Assembly (NCBI GenBank): GCA_031370005.1
Contig: JANMPT010000110.1
Coordinates: forward strand, 32,001 to 96,000
From: Bdellovibrionales bacterium
Lineage (GTDB): Bacteria > Bdellovibrionota > Bdellovibrionia > Bdellovibrionales > Bdellovibrionaceae
Direction of reading: 5' to 3'
Length of the DNA: 64,000 bases
The notes beneath the pieces were generated by a model, which was not told where the DNA came from, made no database searches, and saw only the letters and a list, made by a program, of their open reading frames with translations. Position 1 is the stretch's first letter. Each line of letters starts with the position of its first letter. Position numbers and translations under genes: made by a program. This document shows positions 21,282 through 31,621 of the stretch, piece after piece.

Positions 21282-22513
21282 GTCCAGCAAAGATTGCCTA
21301 CCTTCATCTAGTTCGTCGAAAGCTCTCCAGTTTGATTGTTCTCTTGGGGATCACTCTGGCTGTGGCCTCCAGTGGAGTTTTATTGCGCCTTTATGGATTA
21401 AGCAATGAGCGCTTTGGCAGCTTAATTCATACAGGAGACGCTATTGTTGGAGCAAAGTCAGGAGCTCTGGATTTACTTTTAGGAATGCTAAATTTTGAGG
21501 GGGATTATCCTGACTATATCCCTTTAAATCTTTACACCACTTTGAATGCACAGGAATCTATTCACTTTGAAGATCGCGCCACAGTAAATCCGAATATTGT
21601 ACGTAATGTTTTTCCTTTTGTGCTTTTTGCAAAGTTCGATAAGTTTCGCGTTTACGCTACATCAAAAGAGTTTTTTAGCTTTCGTGAGCAAGAGATCCCA
21701 GTGCTTGCAGAAGGAGGCCCTCCTAGTGCCTCAGGCCAAATTGTGCTGGGATTTTCAATTGCGAAGAGTCTGGGGCTAAAATTAGGGGACTCTGTCCCGG
21801 CAAAAACTTGGATCGGAGGGGAGCCCTCGGCGCACTCGGAGCAAAACCTTCAGGTGGTGGGGATTTTTAAAGAAACTCACAGGGCCTGGGACCGAGTGGC
21901 CTTATCAGGGTGGGAAACTGCAGAAAATATTTTTAATGAAAATTTAATTTTATTCCACACGCCCTGGGGTCCAAAGGTTATGAACTTCATATTGGTCTAT
22001 TTAAAGCAGGGTGGCTTTTCCTATTTGGATAGTCTAATCAATCGTCGGACAGTTGCGCAGATGATTTCTGTTGGCAGTGGCTATCGTAAGCTGAATGAGC
22101 TAACCGGCACTGGCCGTCAGATGGGAATTCTCGTGGCGGCAATCATTTTACTTTTAGGGTTTAGCTCCGTCGCCTCAATGATGATTGGGCGCTTTGATAG
22201 TATGAATATACAGCTCGCAGTTTTACGGGCTTTAGGATATTCAAAAAAAGACTTGGTAAAGGTACTTTTATATGAGGCATTGTATTTAGCCATTATCGCT
22301 TGTTTACTGGGAGCACTTTTAGACGCGTCCTTGTTCCCATGGCTTAGATCCTCATTAGGAAGCAATGTGCCCAGTGAAGAGATCGTGTCCATGGGTATTT
22401 GGCGGAGTTGGCCGGTTTGGGCTGCTGTTATTGGAGGGAATGTTCTTTCGGTGCTCTATCCCATTTGGCGCGTTTCTAAACAAAATATTCACACCAGTCT
22501 TAGAAGTATTTAA
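21278..22513 (+). CDS. FtsX/MacB-like ABC permease
   Basis: N-terminal TM, periplasmic domain, LAVLRALG, C-terminal TMs. Confidence 0.88.
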   Translation: MSPAKIAYLHLVRRKLSSLIVLLGITLAVASSGVLLRLYGLSNERFGSLIHTGDAIVGAKSGALDLLLGMLNFEGDYPDYIPLNLYTTLNAQESIHFEDRATVNPNIVRNVFPFVLFAKFDKFRVYATSKEFFSFREQEIPVLAEGGPPSASGQIVLGFSIAKSLGLKLGDSVPAKTWIGGEPSAHSEQNLQVVGIFKETHRAWDRVALSGWETAENIFNENLILFHTPWGPKVMNFILVYLKQGGFSYLDSLINRRTVAQMISVGSGYRKLNELTGTGRQMGILVAAIILLLGFSSVASMMIGRFDSMNIQLAVLRALGYSKKDLVKVLLYEALYLAIIACLLGALLDASLFPWLRSSLGSNVPSEEIVSMGIWRSWPVWAAVIGGNVLSVLYPIWRVSKQNIHTSLRSI

Positions 22514-22531
22514 GATAAGGATTCTGTACTT

Positions 22532-24607
22532 ATGGCAGTCAAAAAAAAATTTGAACTAGTCTCAGAATTTAAACCCTCGGGGGATCAGCCAAAGGCCATC
22601 GAGGACTTATTGCAGAATTTTAAACTAGGTCTGAATCATCAAACTCTATTGGGTGTGACGGGCTCTGGGAAAACCTTTACTATGGCTCATGCCATAGCTC
22701 ATCTCAATGAACCAGCCCTGGTACTTGCTCCGAATAAAACTCTTGCGGCCCAACTTTATGCTGAGTTTAAGGAACTTTTTCCGAAAAACGCAGTGGAATA
22801 CTTTGTTAGTTACTACGATTATTATCAGCCTGAAGCTTATATTCCTTCGACGGACACTTATATTGAAAAAGATTCTGCGATTAATGAACAAATAGATCGC
22901 ATGCGCCATTCGGCCACGCGGTCTTTGTTTGATCGTCGGGATGTCATCATAGTTAGTTCTGTATCATGTATTTACGGTTTGGGCTCGCCGGAGGCCTATG
23001 AAGGAATGATGGTTCAGGTTGTAGCGAATTCTGAATTGAAGCGAGATCACTTTTTGCGAGAGCTCATTCGTATTCAGTACACACGAAATAATGTTGATTT
23101 CCATCGTGGAACGCTGCGGGTGCGCGGAGACATCGTCGAAATTTTTCCCTCCTACGAAGAACAGCGGGCGATTCGAGTTGAGTTCTTTGGTGATTATGTT
23201 GAGCGCATTTCGTGGGTAGATCCACTGACAGGTCAAATTTTAGAGGAGCTTGATCAGATTGGTATTTACCCGGGAAGCCATCACGTAACAGGAGACGAGA
23301 ATCTCAATCGCGCAATTAAAACAATTCAAGATGAATTGCGAGAACAGTTGGTGTTTTTAAAAAACAATTTAAAACTTTTAGAAGCTCAACGACTGGAGCA
23401 AAGAACCTATTATGATATTGAAATGATAGAGCAGATGGGATTCTGTCAGGGGATCGAGAATTACTCGCGCCATATGACGGGACGCAAAGCTGGCCAGCCT
23501 CCGCCAACTTTACTTGAGTACTTTCCGAAAAAATTTGTCACCTTTATTGACGAATCCCATGTCACTGTTCCACAAATTGGCGGGATGTATCGCGGAGATC
23601 GTGCCAGGAAGACCACCTTGGTCGAGCATGGATTTCGTTTACCTAGTGCCTTGGACAATCGTCCGCTGAATTTTCAAGAGTTTGAGCACATGATGGATAA
23701 GGTGGTATATGTCTCGGCGACGCCTGGAAATTATGAATTTCAAAAGTCGGAAGGCGTTATTGTTGAACAGATCATCCGTCCAACCGGATTGATTGACCCC
23801 GTTGTTGAAGTGCGACCAGTTCGCCATCAAGTGGATGATCTTTTGGTGGAAATTCGTGAACGAGTAAAAAATGGAGACCGTGTTTTAATCACAACCTTGA
23901 CGAAGCGAAGTGCCGAAGATTTGACGGAATACTATGAGAGCCTCGGGGTCAAGGTGAAGTACTTGCATAGCGATATTCAAACTATGGAGCGAACCGAAAT
24001 TCTACGTGATTTGCGCCTCGGTGTTTTTGACGTTCTTGTTGGTATCAATTTGCTTAGAGAGGGTTTGGATATTCCTGAAGTTAGCCTTGTTGGTATCACC
24101 GATGCAGATAAAGAGGGCTTTCTACGTTCAGAGAGATCTTTAGTCCAAACAATTGGCCGAGCGGCTCGTAACTTGAATGGCAAAGTGATTCTTTATGGAG
24201 ATCGTATCACTGATTCTATGAGAAAGGCGATGGAAGAGACGGATCGCCGACGTCGGATTCAATCTGAACATAATATTAAATATGGAATTACGCCTGCTTC
24301 AATAAAGAAAAGTATCAAAGATGGTCTTGGTGATGTCTTTGATGGATCATTGGGCGTCCACCTGGTGGATGGACCAGAGAAGAAACTTATGGGTATGGCT
24401 CAGAAGTTTGGCAATGAGCCTAGCAAGGTCGCCCAAGAAATTGAGAAACTTCGAAAGAAGATGAAAGAGTACTCTTCGGATTTGGAATTCGAGGAAGCGG
24501 CCAAGATTCGCGATGAAATTAAACGCCTACAAATTTTAGATCTCAGTATGCGAAGTGGAGTGCTGGAAAAAGAAACGGAAACTATCATTGAGGGCTTCAA
24601 GAAATAG
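22532..24607 (+). CDS. uvrB: Excinuclease ABC subunit B
   Basis: [35 protein letters not shown]. Confidence 0.98.
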   Translation: MAVKKKFELVSEFKPSGDQPKAIEDLLQNFKLGLNHQTLLGVTGSGKTFTMAHAIAHLNEPALVLAPNKTLAAQLYAEFKELFPKNAVEYFVSYYDYYQPEAYIPSTDTYIEKDSAINEQIDRMRHSATRSLFDRRDVIIVSSVSCIYGLGSPEAYEGMMVQVVANSELKRDHFLRELIRIQYTRNNVDFHRGTLRVRGDIVEIFPSYEEQRAIRVEFFGDYVERISWVDPLTGQILEELDQIGIYPGSHHVTGDENLNRAIKTIQDELREQLVFLKNNLKLLEAQRLEQRTYYDIEMIEQMGFCQGIENYSRHMTGRKAGQPPPTLLEYFPKKFVTFIDESHVTVPQIGGMYRGDRARKTTLVEHGFRLPSALDNRPLNFQEFEHMMDKVVYVSATPGNYEFQKSEGVIVEQIIRPTGLIDPVVEVRPVRHQVDDLLVEIRERVKNGDRVLITTLTKRSAEDLTEYYESLGVKVKYLHSDIQTMERTEILRDLRLGVFDVLVGINLLREGLDIPEVSLVGITDADKEGFLRSERSLVQTIGRAARNLNGKVILYGDRITDSMRKAMEETDRRRRIQSEHNIKYGITPASIKKSIKDGLGDVFDGSLGVHLVDGPEKKLMGMAQKFGNEPSKVAQEIEKLRKKMKEYSSDLEFEEAAKIRDEIKRLQILDLSMRSGVLEKETETIIEGFKK

Positions 24608-24608
24608 A

Positions 24609-26489
24609 ATGTCGCAGAAGTTTGAAGAGCTCAAAGAGCTAATTAAAAAATATCCAGTTCAAAGTGGCGTATATCTGATGAAGAGCGCTCTGGATAAAAT
24701 AATATATGTGGGAAAAGCAAAGAACCTGAGAAATCGGGTACGAAGTTACTTTACCGATAGCAAGGACCATACACCGAAAACACGGCTACTGGTTCAAAAT
24801 ATCAATCATATTGAATACATTCTAACCAAGACTGAGGTTGAAGCTTTTTTACTCGAAGCTTCTTTGATAAAAAAACATCGACCCAAATACAATATTCGTC
24901 TTCGCGATGACAAGTCCTATCCCTATATTCGACTAACTTGGAGTGAAGACTTTCCACGTTTATATCTCAGTCGCAAAGTGAAAAAAGATGGCAGTCTTTA
25001 TTTTGGTCCTTACACCAGCGGCGGCGCCGTATTTGGTACCATTCGATTTCTCAATCGCACATTTAAAATCCGTGACTGTACAGATGCTATGTTCAAATCT
25101 CGAAAGCGCCCCTGTATGACTCATCAAATCGGCCGTTGTACAGCTCCCTGTGTTCAATATATTTCCCATGATGACTATCATTCTGAAGTTGAGGGGGCTC
25201 TTTTGTTTTTAAAGGGCAAAAATAAAACTGTCGTAAAAACTATGAAACAGAAAATGCGGACAGCCGCAGAAGAAGAAAAGTTCGAGGTGGCGGCAAGACT
25301 TCGGGACTCTATCGAGGCCATTAAGTCGATTTTGCAAAAGCAATCCGTCATCAATGACACTACTGAGCAGGATCAAGATGCTATTGGCTACTTTGGAGAC
25401 GATCGAGGAACGCTTATTGAAACGATCCACGTTCGCCAAGGCCGGGTAATTGGAACTCGACCACATTTTATTTCATTGTTAGATGTGGTTGATCCCGCCA
25501 GTGATCCCCGAGAGTGGTTGGTTTCTTTCATGAATCAATACTATGAGGACAATATCATCCCTGATGAAGTTCTTTTGCCAACTGAAATTGGTGGGGATCT
25601 GGTAAAGCTCATGGAGGCTGTTTTACATGAGCGTTCGGGTCAAAAAAGTGTTGTACGTTTTGCCACGGATGAAAAAGGGCGGGCATTGGTGGATATGGCC
25701 AATCGGAATGCTGAGGCTCATTTTGAAAAATATGTGTCAAAGTCTGAAGAAAAAATGCGAGGCCTTGATGAAATTAAAGATCGTTTTGGGCTTGCTCAGC
25801 GCCCGACAAGGATTGAATGTTATGACATTTCAAATTTTCAGGGTTCAGAAACTGTAGCTTCTCAGGTGGTCTTTGAAGATGGAGTTCCAAGCAAAGAAAA
25901 TTATCGTCGCTATAAAATTAAGACGGTGGAAGGCTCAAATGATTTTGCTTCCATGTACGAAGTTCTTAGTCGTCGTTTTAAGCATCGCGAGTACGAGGAT
26001 CCGCATTTGCTGGTTGTCGATGGTGGAAAGGGGCAGTTGTCCCAGGCCATAAGAATTCTCGAAGAGATTGGGCGCAAAGACATTTCAGTGGTGGGCTTAG
26101 CGAAAGCTCGAACTGAATCAGATTTTCAGTCTTCTGTAGTTTCGAGCAGTGCTGAGCGGTTTTTTCTGCCTGGCCGACAAAATCCCTTAACCTTTCGAGC
26201 AAACTCTGAGGCTTTGCATATTTTGGTGGGAATTCGCGATGAGGCCCACCGATTTGCAATCACCTATCATCGCAAACTTCGAGAGAACACGAGCCTTGAG
26301 AGTGAGCTTGATTTTATCGTGGGTCTTGGTGAGAAGAGGAAGAAGATACTACTCACGCATTTTAAAGGAGTACAGGAGCTTAAGGAAGCGGATCCGGATG
26401 AGATTGCGAAGCTTAAAGGCTTTAATAGAGTACTTGCCGAGCGTGTGCTTTTGCAGTTGAATGAATCTGACGACGAAGAGGATTCATGA
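24609..26489 (+). CDS. uvrC: Excinuclease ABC subunit C
   Basis: GIY-YIG (GVYLM...YVGKAKNL), RIECYDIS, RDEAHRFAI. Confidence 0.98.
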   Translation: MSQKFEELKELIKKYPVQSGVYLMKSALDKIIYVGKAKNLRNRVRSYFTDSKDHTPKTRLLVQNINHIEYILTKTEVEAFLLEASLIKKHRPKYNIRLRDDKSYPYIRLTWSEDFPRLYLSRKVKKDGSLYFGPYTSGGAVFGTIRFLNRTFKIRDCTDAMFKSRKRPCMTHQIGRCTAPCVQYISHDDYHSEVEGALLFLKGKNKTVVKTMKQKMRTAAEEEKFEVAARLRDSIEAIKSILQKQSVINDTTEQDQDAIGYFGDDRGTLIETIHVRQGRVIGTRPHFISLLDVVDPASDPREWLVSFMNQYYEDNIIPDEVLLPTEIGGDLVKLMEAVLHERSGQKSVVRFATDEKGRALVDMANRNAEAHFEKYVSKSEEKMRGLDEIKDRFGLAQRPTRIECYDISNFQGSETVASQVVFEDGVPSKENYRRYKIKTVEGSNDFASMYEVLSRRFKHREYEDPHLLVVDGGKGQLSQAIRILEEIGRKDISVVGLAKARTESDFQSSVVSSSAERFFLPGRQNPLTFRANSEALHILVGIRDEAHRFAITYHRKLRENTSLESELDFIVGLGEKRKKILLTHFKGVQELKEADPDEIAKLKGFNRVLAERVLLQLNESDDEEDS

Positions 26490-28045
26490 AAAAGCACGCC
26501 TTTTGGGTGGGATTAGGAATATTTTTTAGCCGTGTTGCGGGCCTTGTCCGCGAAAGGGTCTTTGCACACTACTTCGGTAACTCCGACGCCGGGGATGCCT
26601 TTAAAGCAGCGCTCAAAATCCCGAACTTTTTGCAGAATCTTTTTGGTGAAGGCGTTTTGTCGGCGAGTTTTATTCCAGTCTACGCACAGTTACTTGCAAA
26701 AAAGCTCGATGAAGACGCCGCGAAGGTGGCTTCAGTTGTTGGAAGTTTATTGTTTGTAGCCACATCAATTTTAGTTTTAATTGGAGTTTTTGCGACTCCA
26801 TTTTTAATTGATCTGATAGCTCCAGGTTTTCATGCTGAGAAAAAACAACTAACAATCCAGATCGTACAAATTCTTTTTCCAGGGACAGGGTTTTTAGTGA
26901 TGTCGGCTTGGTGCCTGGGGATTTTGAACTCTCATAAGAAGTTTTTTCTTTCTTATGTAGCCCCAGTGATTTGGAATATTGCCATTATCGTGGCGATTTT
27001 AGGGTGGCATCATCAGGATCAGTCTCAATTGGCAATCACGGCCTCTTATGGTCTAGTTGTTGGTAGCTTTTTACAGTTTCTTATTCAATTCCCTTTTGCA
27101 ATTAAGCTTGGAAAAAAGCTTTATCCAAGCCTTAGTTTGAAAACTGAAAGCGCACGAACTGTTTTAAAAAATTTCTTCCCAGTGGTTTTTTCACGTGGAG
27201 TGGTTCAGGTCAGTGCGTATATTGATAATGTGTTAGCAAGTCTTTTACCCACAGGGGCCGTTTCTAGTCTGGCTTATGCTCAAACCTTGTATCTACTTCC
27301 AGTGAGTCTTTTCGGAATGAGTGTCTCTGTAGCTGAGCTTCCGACAATGTCCCAGGCTGTTGGAAGTGATAAAGAGATTAGTTTGTATTTGCAAAAACGG
27401 CTGAACGGTGGATTGAGGCAGATTGCATTTTTTATTATTCCTTCAGTGGTTGGGTTTCTAGCTTTAGGTGATTTGATCGTTGGCGCTATTTTTCAAACGG
27501 GTGCATTTGATCGTAATAGTACAAACTACGTTTGGGCTGTTTTGGCAGGGTCAACAGTAGGGCTTCTTGCTAGTACTATGGGAAGACTTTATTCTTCTAC
27601 ATTTTATTCTTTAAAAGACACAAGAACTCCCCTAAAATTTGCACTTGTTCGCGTTTTCTTCACAACTATTTTGGGTGTGCTGTGTGCTTTCTATTTACCA
27701 GGAATTCTCGGGATAGATCGTAAGTGGGGGACGACCGGTTTGACTGCCTCTGCGGGACTTGCCGGTTGGCTTGAGTTTTACTTACTTCGTCATACACTCA
27801 ATAAGAAAATTGGCGATACTGGTTTGGAACTTTCTTTCCAATTGAAACTTTGGGGAATGGCAGTGGTAAGTGCAGCAGTTGCTTTTTGGTTGAAATTAGT
27901 ATTGAATGACTTTGGTTATATTGTTTTGCGTGCAATGTTTGTTCTGAGTGTTTATGGAGTTTTATATTTTGGATTTGGCTATGTGTTTAAGGTTGAGCAA
28001 GCAGTTTTGCTTGTTGATAAGATAAAGCGAAGAGTTTGGGAGTAA
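26486..28045 (+). CDS. murJ: Lipid II flippase MurJ
   Basis: SRVAGLVRE, IPNFLQNLFGEG.LSASFIP. Confidence 0.95.
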   Translation: MKKHAFWVGLGIFFSRVAGLVRERVFAHYFGNSDAGDAFKAALKIPNFLQNLFGEGVLSASFIPVYAQLLAKKLDEDAAKVASVVGSLLFVATSILVLIGVFATPFLIDLIAPGFHAEKKQLTIQIVQILFPGTGFLVMSAWCLGILNSHKKFFLSYVAPVIWNIAIIVAILGWHHQDQSQLAITASYGLVVGSFLQFLIQFPFAIKLGKKLYPSLSLKTESARTVLKNFFPVVFSRGVVQVSAYIDNVLASLLPTGAVSSLAYAQTLYLLPVSLFGMSVSVAELPTMSQAVGSDKEISLYLQKRLNGGLRQIAFFIIPSVVGFLALGDLIVGAIFQTGAFDRNSTNYVWAVLAGSTVGLLASTMGRLYSSTFYSLKDTRTPLKFALVRVFFTTILGVLCAFYLPGILGIDRKWGTTGLTASAGLAGWLEFYLLRHTLNKKIGDTGLELSFQLKLWGMAVVSAAVAFWLKLVLNDFGYIVLRAMFVLSVYGVLYFGFGYVFKVEQAVLLVDKIKRRVWE

Positions 28046-28052
28046 TATACGT

Positions 28053-28511
28053 ATGAAAATATTAACTATAATTTGCTTATTTTTTATGACAGTTTCTGTG
28101 GCTCATGGGGAAGATCATGCTCTGGGTGTTATTCTCGGAGATCCCTCAGGGCTTTCAGGGAAAATGAAGTATGATGGTCGTCATTCGATTGATGGTGCCC
28201 TCGCATATTCTTCAGGAAGACACAGTGGCTTGCAGTTTCATGCTGATTACTTATGGGATCGCGCTCGAAGCTGGGGAACCACCCACGGGCCTATAGATAT
28301 GTACTATGGATTGGGTGGACGATTAATTTCTTATAACGACGAAGATCATAAAGCTCAAGTTTCTGTCGGACCACGTGGATCTTTGGGACTTGATTTTAAC
28401 ATCAATAACCCAAACATCGAATTCTTCGGCGAGCTAGCTGTTGTTTTAGAGGTGGTGCCCTCAATGACGGCGGATATCGATGCTGGTATCGGTGCGAGAA
28501 TTCGTTTCTAG
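28053..28511 (+). CDS. Small outer-membrane beta-barrel protein
   Basis: Signal peptide; LGVILGDPSGLSGK; C-terminal GIGARIRF. Confidence 0.75.
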   Translation: MKILTIICLFFMTVSVAHGEDHALGVILGDPSGLSGKMKYDGRHSIDGALAYSSGRHSGLQFHADYLWDRARSWGTTHGPIDMYYGLGGRLISYNDEDHKAQVSVGPRGSLGLDFNINNPNIEFFGELAVVLEVVPSMTADIDAGIGARIRF

Positions 28512-29551
28512 TTATTGCCAGGTTCACTATTTATTGTTGAAGCAAAACTGTGGATTAAAACGACCTGAATATTGTTTTTTGGATTTTCAATATCTTCAAG
28601 AATTATTCGACTAACGTTATTGTGGAATTCCGATACAAGGTCCATAAGCTTTTTGGCTGCTTTTTTTGACAAGGCATCCACCCGCACTGATGAAACGCTG
28701 GCATTTTTTTCAATGCCAGTGGGGGATTTTGCTGAAGGCTGTAGGATATATCTTTTCGAAGCCAAATCAGTAACATATTTTGTGAGTCCTCTTAGTTTTG
28801 CGTGTGGTACCCCTGAAAAACTGAAATCAAATGGACAGGGGTGGTATTTGTTTTCGTCAAATGTGATGAGCCCGCAAGTTAACATAATATGAAGCAAACC
28901 ACGGAGGTGTTCAATGGAGCAAGTCGAGTGATAAGCAAGAATTACTTCATTATGCGCGGGCAAGGATTGGTACTCTTCAAGCTGTAAAGCTGCATTAACA
29001 AATACAGACACTGGATTCTGGTGAACTAGTTCAAGTTGTATCATGTAGTGCTCATATCTTGAGCGCAATGCTGAGATATCTGAACAATCAATAAGACAAG
29101 TAAGAAATCCAATCAGCATCGCTGGAACTCGATCAATAATTTCCAGAACCTCTGCAAGATCTGGTGATAGTGCGCCCGAGACCCATTTTTTTATTTTTAA
29201 TGAGTATTTCTGCTGGTATTGTAAGCTCAGATTTAAGTTTTTAGAAAGCTCGGTTAAAGCGCGAGCAGGTGTGAACTCGCCTTCGAAGGTCCAGAACATT
29301 CTTCGAAAATTATTTTCTATGGGAACCTGCTGAATCTCGCACAAATGGATAAAGTCATCCCATTTAATTTGCGTGACTCCACTTTCCCATTTGCCGACCT
29401 GATTATAGGAAAAGCCAAGGGTTGAGCTTAGTTGCCTTTGGCTTACGGAACCGCGCAGTTTTTTAAAAACTTCCATAGCACAATGTTGATAGTCAATGCG
29501 CTCATCAATTAATTTTTGTAGTTTTTCAGGTGTAAGATTACGCTCAATCAT
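28508..29551 (-). CDS. XRE-HTH / DUF4423-like regulator
   Basis: LRGSVSQRQLSSTLGFSYNQVGKWESG HTH; DUF4423-like C-terminus. Confidence 0.65.
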   Translation of the reverse strand: MIERNLTPEKLQKLIDERIDYQHCAMEVFKKLRGSVSQRQLSSTLGFSYNQVGKWESGVTQIKWDDFIHLCEIQQVPIENNFRRMFWTFEGEFTPARALTELSKNLNLSLQYQQKYSLKIKKWVSGALSPDLAEVLEIIDRVPAMLIGFLTCLIDCSDISALRSRYEHYMIQLELVHQNPVSVFVNAALQLEEYQSLPAHNEVILAYHSTCSIEHLRGLLHIMLTCGLITFDENKYHPCPFDFSFSGVPHAKLRGLTKYVTDLASKRYILQPSAKSPTGIEKNASVSSVRVDALSKKAAKKLMDLVSEFHNNVSRIILEDIENPKNNIQVVLIHSFASTINSEPGNN

Positions 29552-29856
29552 TATTCTTGGTTTCTAGCACAACTTGGATTTAGGAACAGCCAAATTAAAA
29601 AAGTCCATTATCCTGGGTATAGGTATGGCTTCGTTGTGTAAGTATTACACTATGGGGGAGTGAGGTTCAAAATTTAAATACGAGTACTTTCGAGTTAAAG
29701 AAGCTCGTCTCAAATTGAAGCGTTCGAGGAAATGCATTCTTTGTATGGGCTGTGAAAAGTTGTTTGACTGTCGGTGCTGCTCAAATCCGTTATATTACTC
29801 AATGGATGCTTTTTTTTGGTCACAAATTTGCTTCCTATTTTGAACAGGGGGAATAA

Positions 29857-30030
29857 ATGGAGAAGCTCTTTTACGAATGCAGGCCGCATCTCTATGTTGC
29901 ATTGTCTATCTGGACATTCCTTAAATTAGGTGATTCTCAGCTTGCCACGGCCTCGGCAATGGCTCTGATGTTCTGTGGGCTTCTCGTTTTGCAGATGCGC
30001 TATGACTACCGTCGGAGTCGCAATAAATAG
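29857..30030 (+). CDS. 57-aa two-TM small protein, not in the ORF track
   Basis: RBS aggggga; MEKLFYECRPHLYVALSIWTFLKLGDSQLATASAMALMFCGLLVLQMRYDYRRSRNK. Confidence 0.6.
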   Translation: MEKLFYECRPHLYVALSIWTFLKLGDSQLATASAMALMFCGLLVLQMRYDYRRSRNK

Positions 30031-30052
30031 ATATCCATGTTAGAGCTGACAT

Positions 30053-30730
30053 ATGCTCAAAAGTCACGACTATACCCAATCGACGATGCGAGAAAAGGAA
30101 ACGGCAAGAGTGGAAGCATTCAGTGATGGGGTTTTTGCCATTGCCATAACGCTGCTTATTCTTGAAATAAAAGTGCCTCGTTTAGGCCAAGGGGCTTCGG
30201 GGCACGACTTGCTAGCTACGTTATTGGACTTGTGGCCGTCGTTTGTGGCTTTTCTAGGAAGTTTCTTGGCAATCCTTATTATGTGGATCAATCATCATGG
30301 ACTGTTTAAACTGATCAACCGTGTCGACTCACAGCTTTTTTTCGCTAATGGACTCTTGCTCATGCTCGTGAGCTTTGTGCCTTTCCCGACGGCCGTCTTG
30401 GCTGAATACCTCAATGGTCAGGGCGCAAATGTAGCCGCAGTGTTTTATTGTGGTACATTTGTTTTGATCAGCGGGGCCTATAATCTATTGTGGTATATAG
30501 CAACTCACCAACGGAGACTAATCAAGGAAGAGGTTCCACAGAAGCTTATCATTAAAATCCGAAAAGCATATCTGATAGCGTTTCCGATCTACATTAGTGC
30601 CATGTTGTTTTCTGCCTGGAGTGCTTTTGGTGGTTTGGCCATTGTTTTATCGCTGTGGGTTCTGTGGACCGTGCTGGACTACAACCACGCCCCGGGGATG
30701 GAGCCAACAGATAGCGGACTGAGTGAGTGA
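30053..30730 (+). CDS. TMEM175 (DUF1211) family potassium channel
   Basis: RVEAFSDGVFAIAITLLILE, WINHH. Confidence 0.92.
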   Translation: MLKSHDYTQSTMREKETARVEAFSDGVFAIAITLLILEIKVPRLGQGASGHDLLATLLDLWPSFVAFLGSFLAILIMWINHHGLFKLINRVDSQLFFANGLLLMLVSFVPFPTAVLAEYLNGQGANVAAVFYCGTFVLISGAYNLLWYIATHQRRLIKEEVPQKLIIKIRKAYLIAFPIYISAMLFSAWSAFGGLAIVLSLWVLWTVLDYNHAPGMEPTDSGLSE

Positions 30731-31621
30731 GTGTTTACTCTCGATAAGGTTTTTCTCATTTTATTTTGTATTGTTAGGTTGGAGATTGCCAGCGCCTTTC
30801 CTCTTTCTATCAAGAACTCTGACTGTGCTTGTCGTTCTGGCAAGACCACTGATTCGCTGGAAGATCCTCTAAGTTATAATTTTGGTAAATTCAATGGTCA
30901 GTGCATAGATTCCTGTCGATTCAGGCCGACTCGTATCATCCATTCCGAGTATAAAAAGATTAAGGTTGGTAATGTTCTTCATCGCGGTATATTTCGTTCA
31001 GGCGTAATTTCATTGGATGATATTAAAGGCGTTGATGCAGGCTTTGAGGAATTTATGCCTGGTATTTACCATGTATTTCTCAAATTTCATTTTTTCGAAG
31101 GCAACCCTCCGCTTCAATTTTTTAGTCAAATCGAGCCTCATCAGCCGGCTATTGAAACCCGCACTCTCGTTTTGTCCCCGGAGGCAGCTCCCCCCAAAAA
31201 TCACAAATACAATCTAATTGACGCCTTTCTTGGGCATTACCTATTAGTGAATCGATTGGTTACTGGTGAGGAGATGGAGCGATGGGCGAGCAAGTATAAA
31301 CATCAAGTTAAATTTTTTCCGCTTCAGCTATCACCTGAACAAGCCTCTAAGATTTTACTTCGCGGCGTGCAGGAGAGTAACCAGTTGATGTTTGAAAATA
31401 ACTATCAACTTTTCACTAATAATTGTTCTACATCTGCCTTTGCTTTAATTGATTTTGCAATAGGCAATACGGCGAACACGGGTTCGGTGTGGAGCAGGTT
31501 CGAGGAGGCATTGCCTATTGCCGGGCCAATTGGCACCCTTCACGCGTTGACAGTGCGCGGGCTCGTGAGTACTCCCCAAGCCTTTACAAATCAAACGAAA
31601 AAAGTTTTAACTTCTCATTAG
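30731..31621 (+). CDS. Secreted DUF4105-like protein
   Basis: H.FLKF and NNYQLFTNNCST motifs. Confidence 0.55.
   Translation: MFTLDKVFLILFCIVRLEIASAFPLSIKNSDCACRSGKTTDSLEDPLSYNFGKFNGQCIDSCRFRPTRIIHSEYKKIKVGNVLHRGIFRSGVISLDDIKGVDAGFEEFMPGIYHVFLKFHFFEGNPPLQFFSQIEPHQPAIETRTLVLSPEAAPPKNHKYNLIDAFLGHYLLVNRLVTGEEMERWASKYKHQVKFFPLQLSPEQASKILLRGVQESNQLMFENNYQLFTNNCSTSAFALIDFAIGNTANTGSVWSRFEEALPIAGPIGTLHALTVRGLVSTPQAFTNQTKKVLTSH

Noticed and set aside
6116..26497. Many 60-210 aa alternative-frame ORFs inside housekeeping genes
   Set aside because: Shadow ORFs of well-supported genes, with no motifs of their own.
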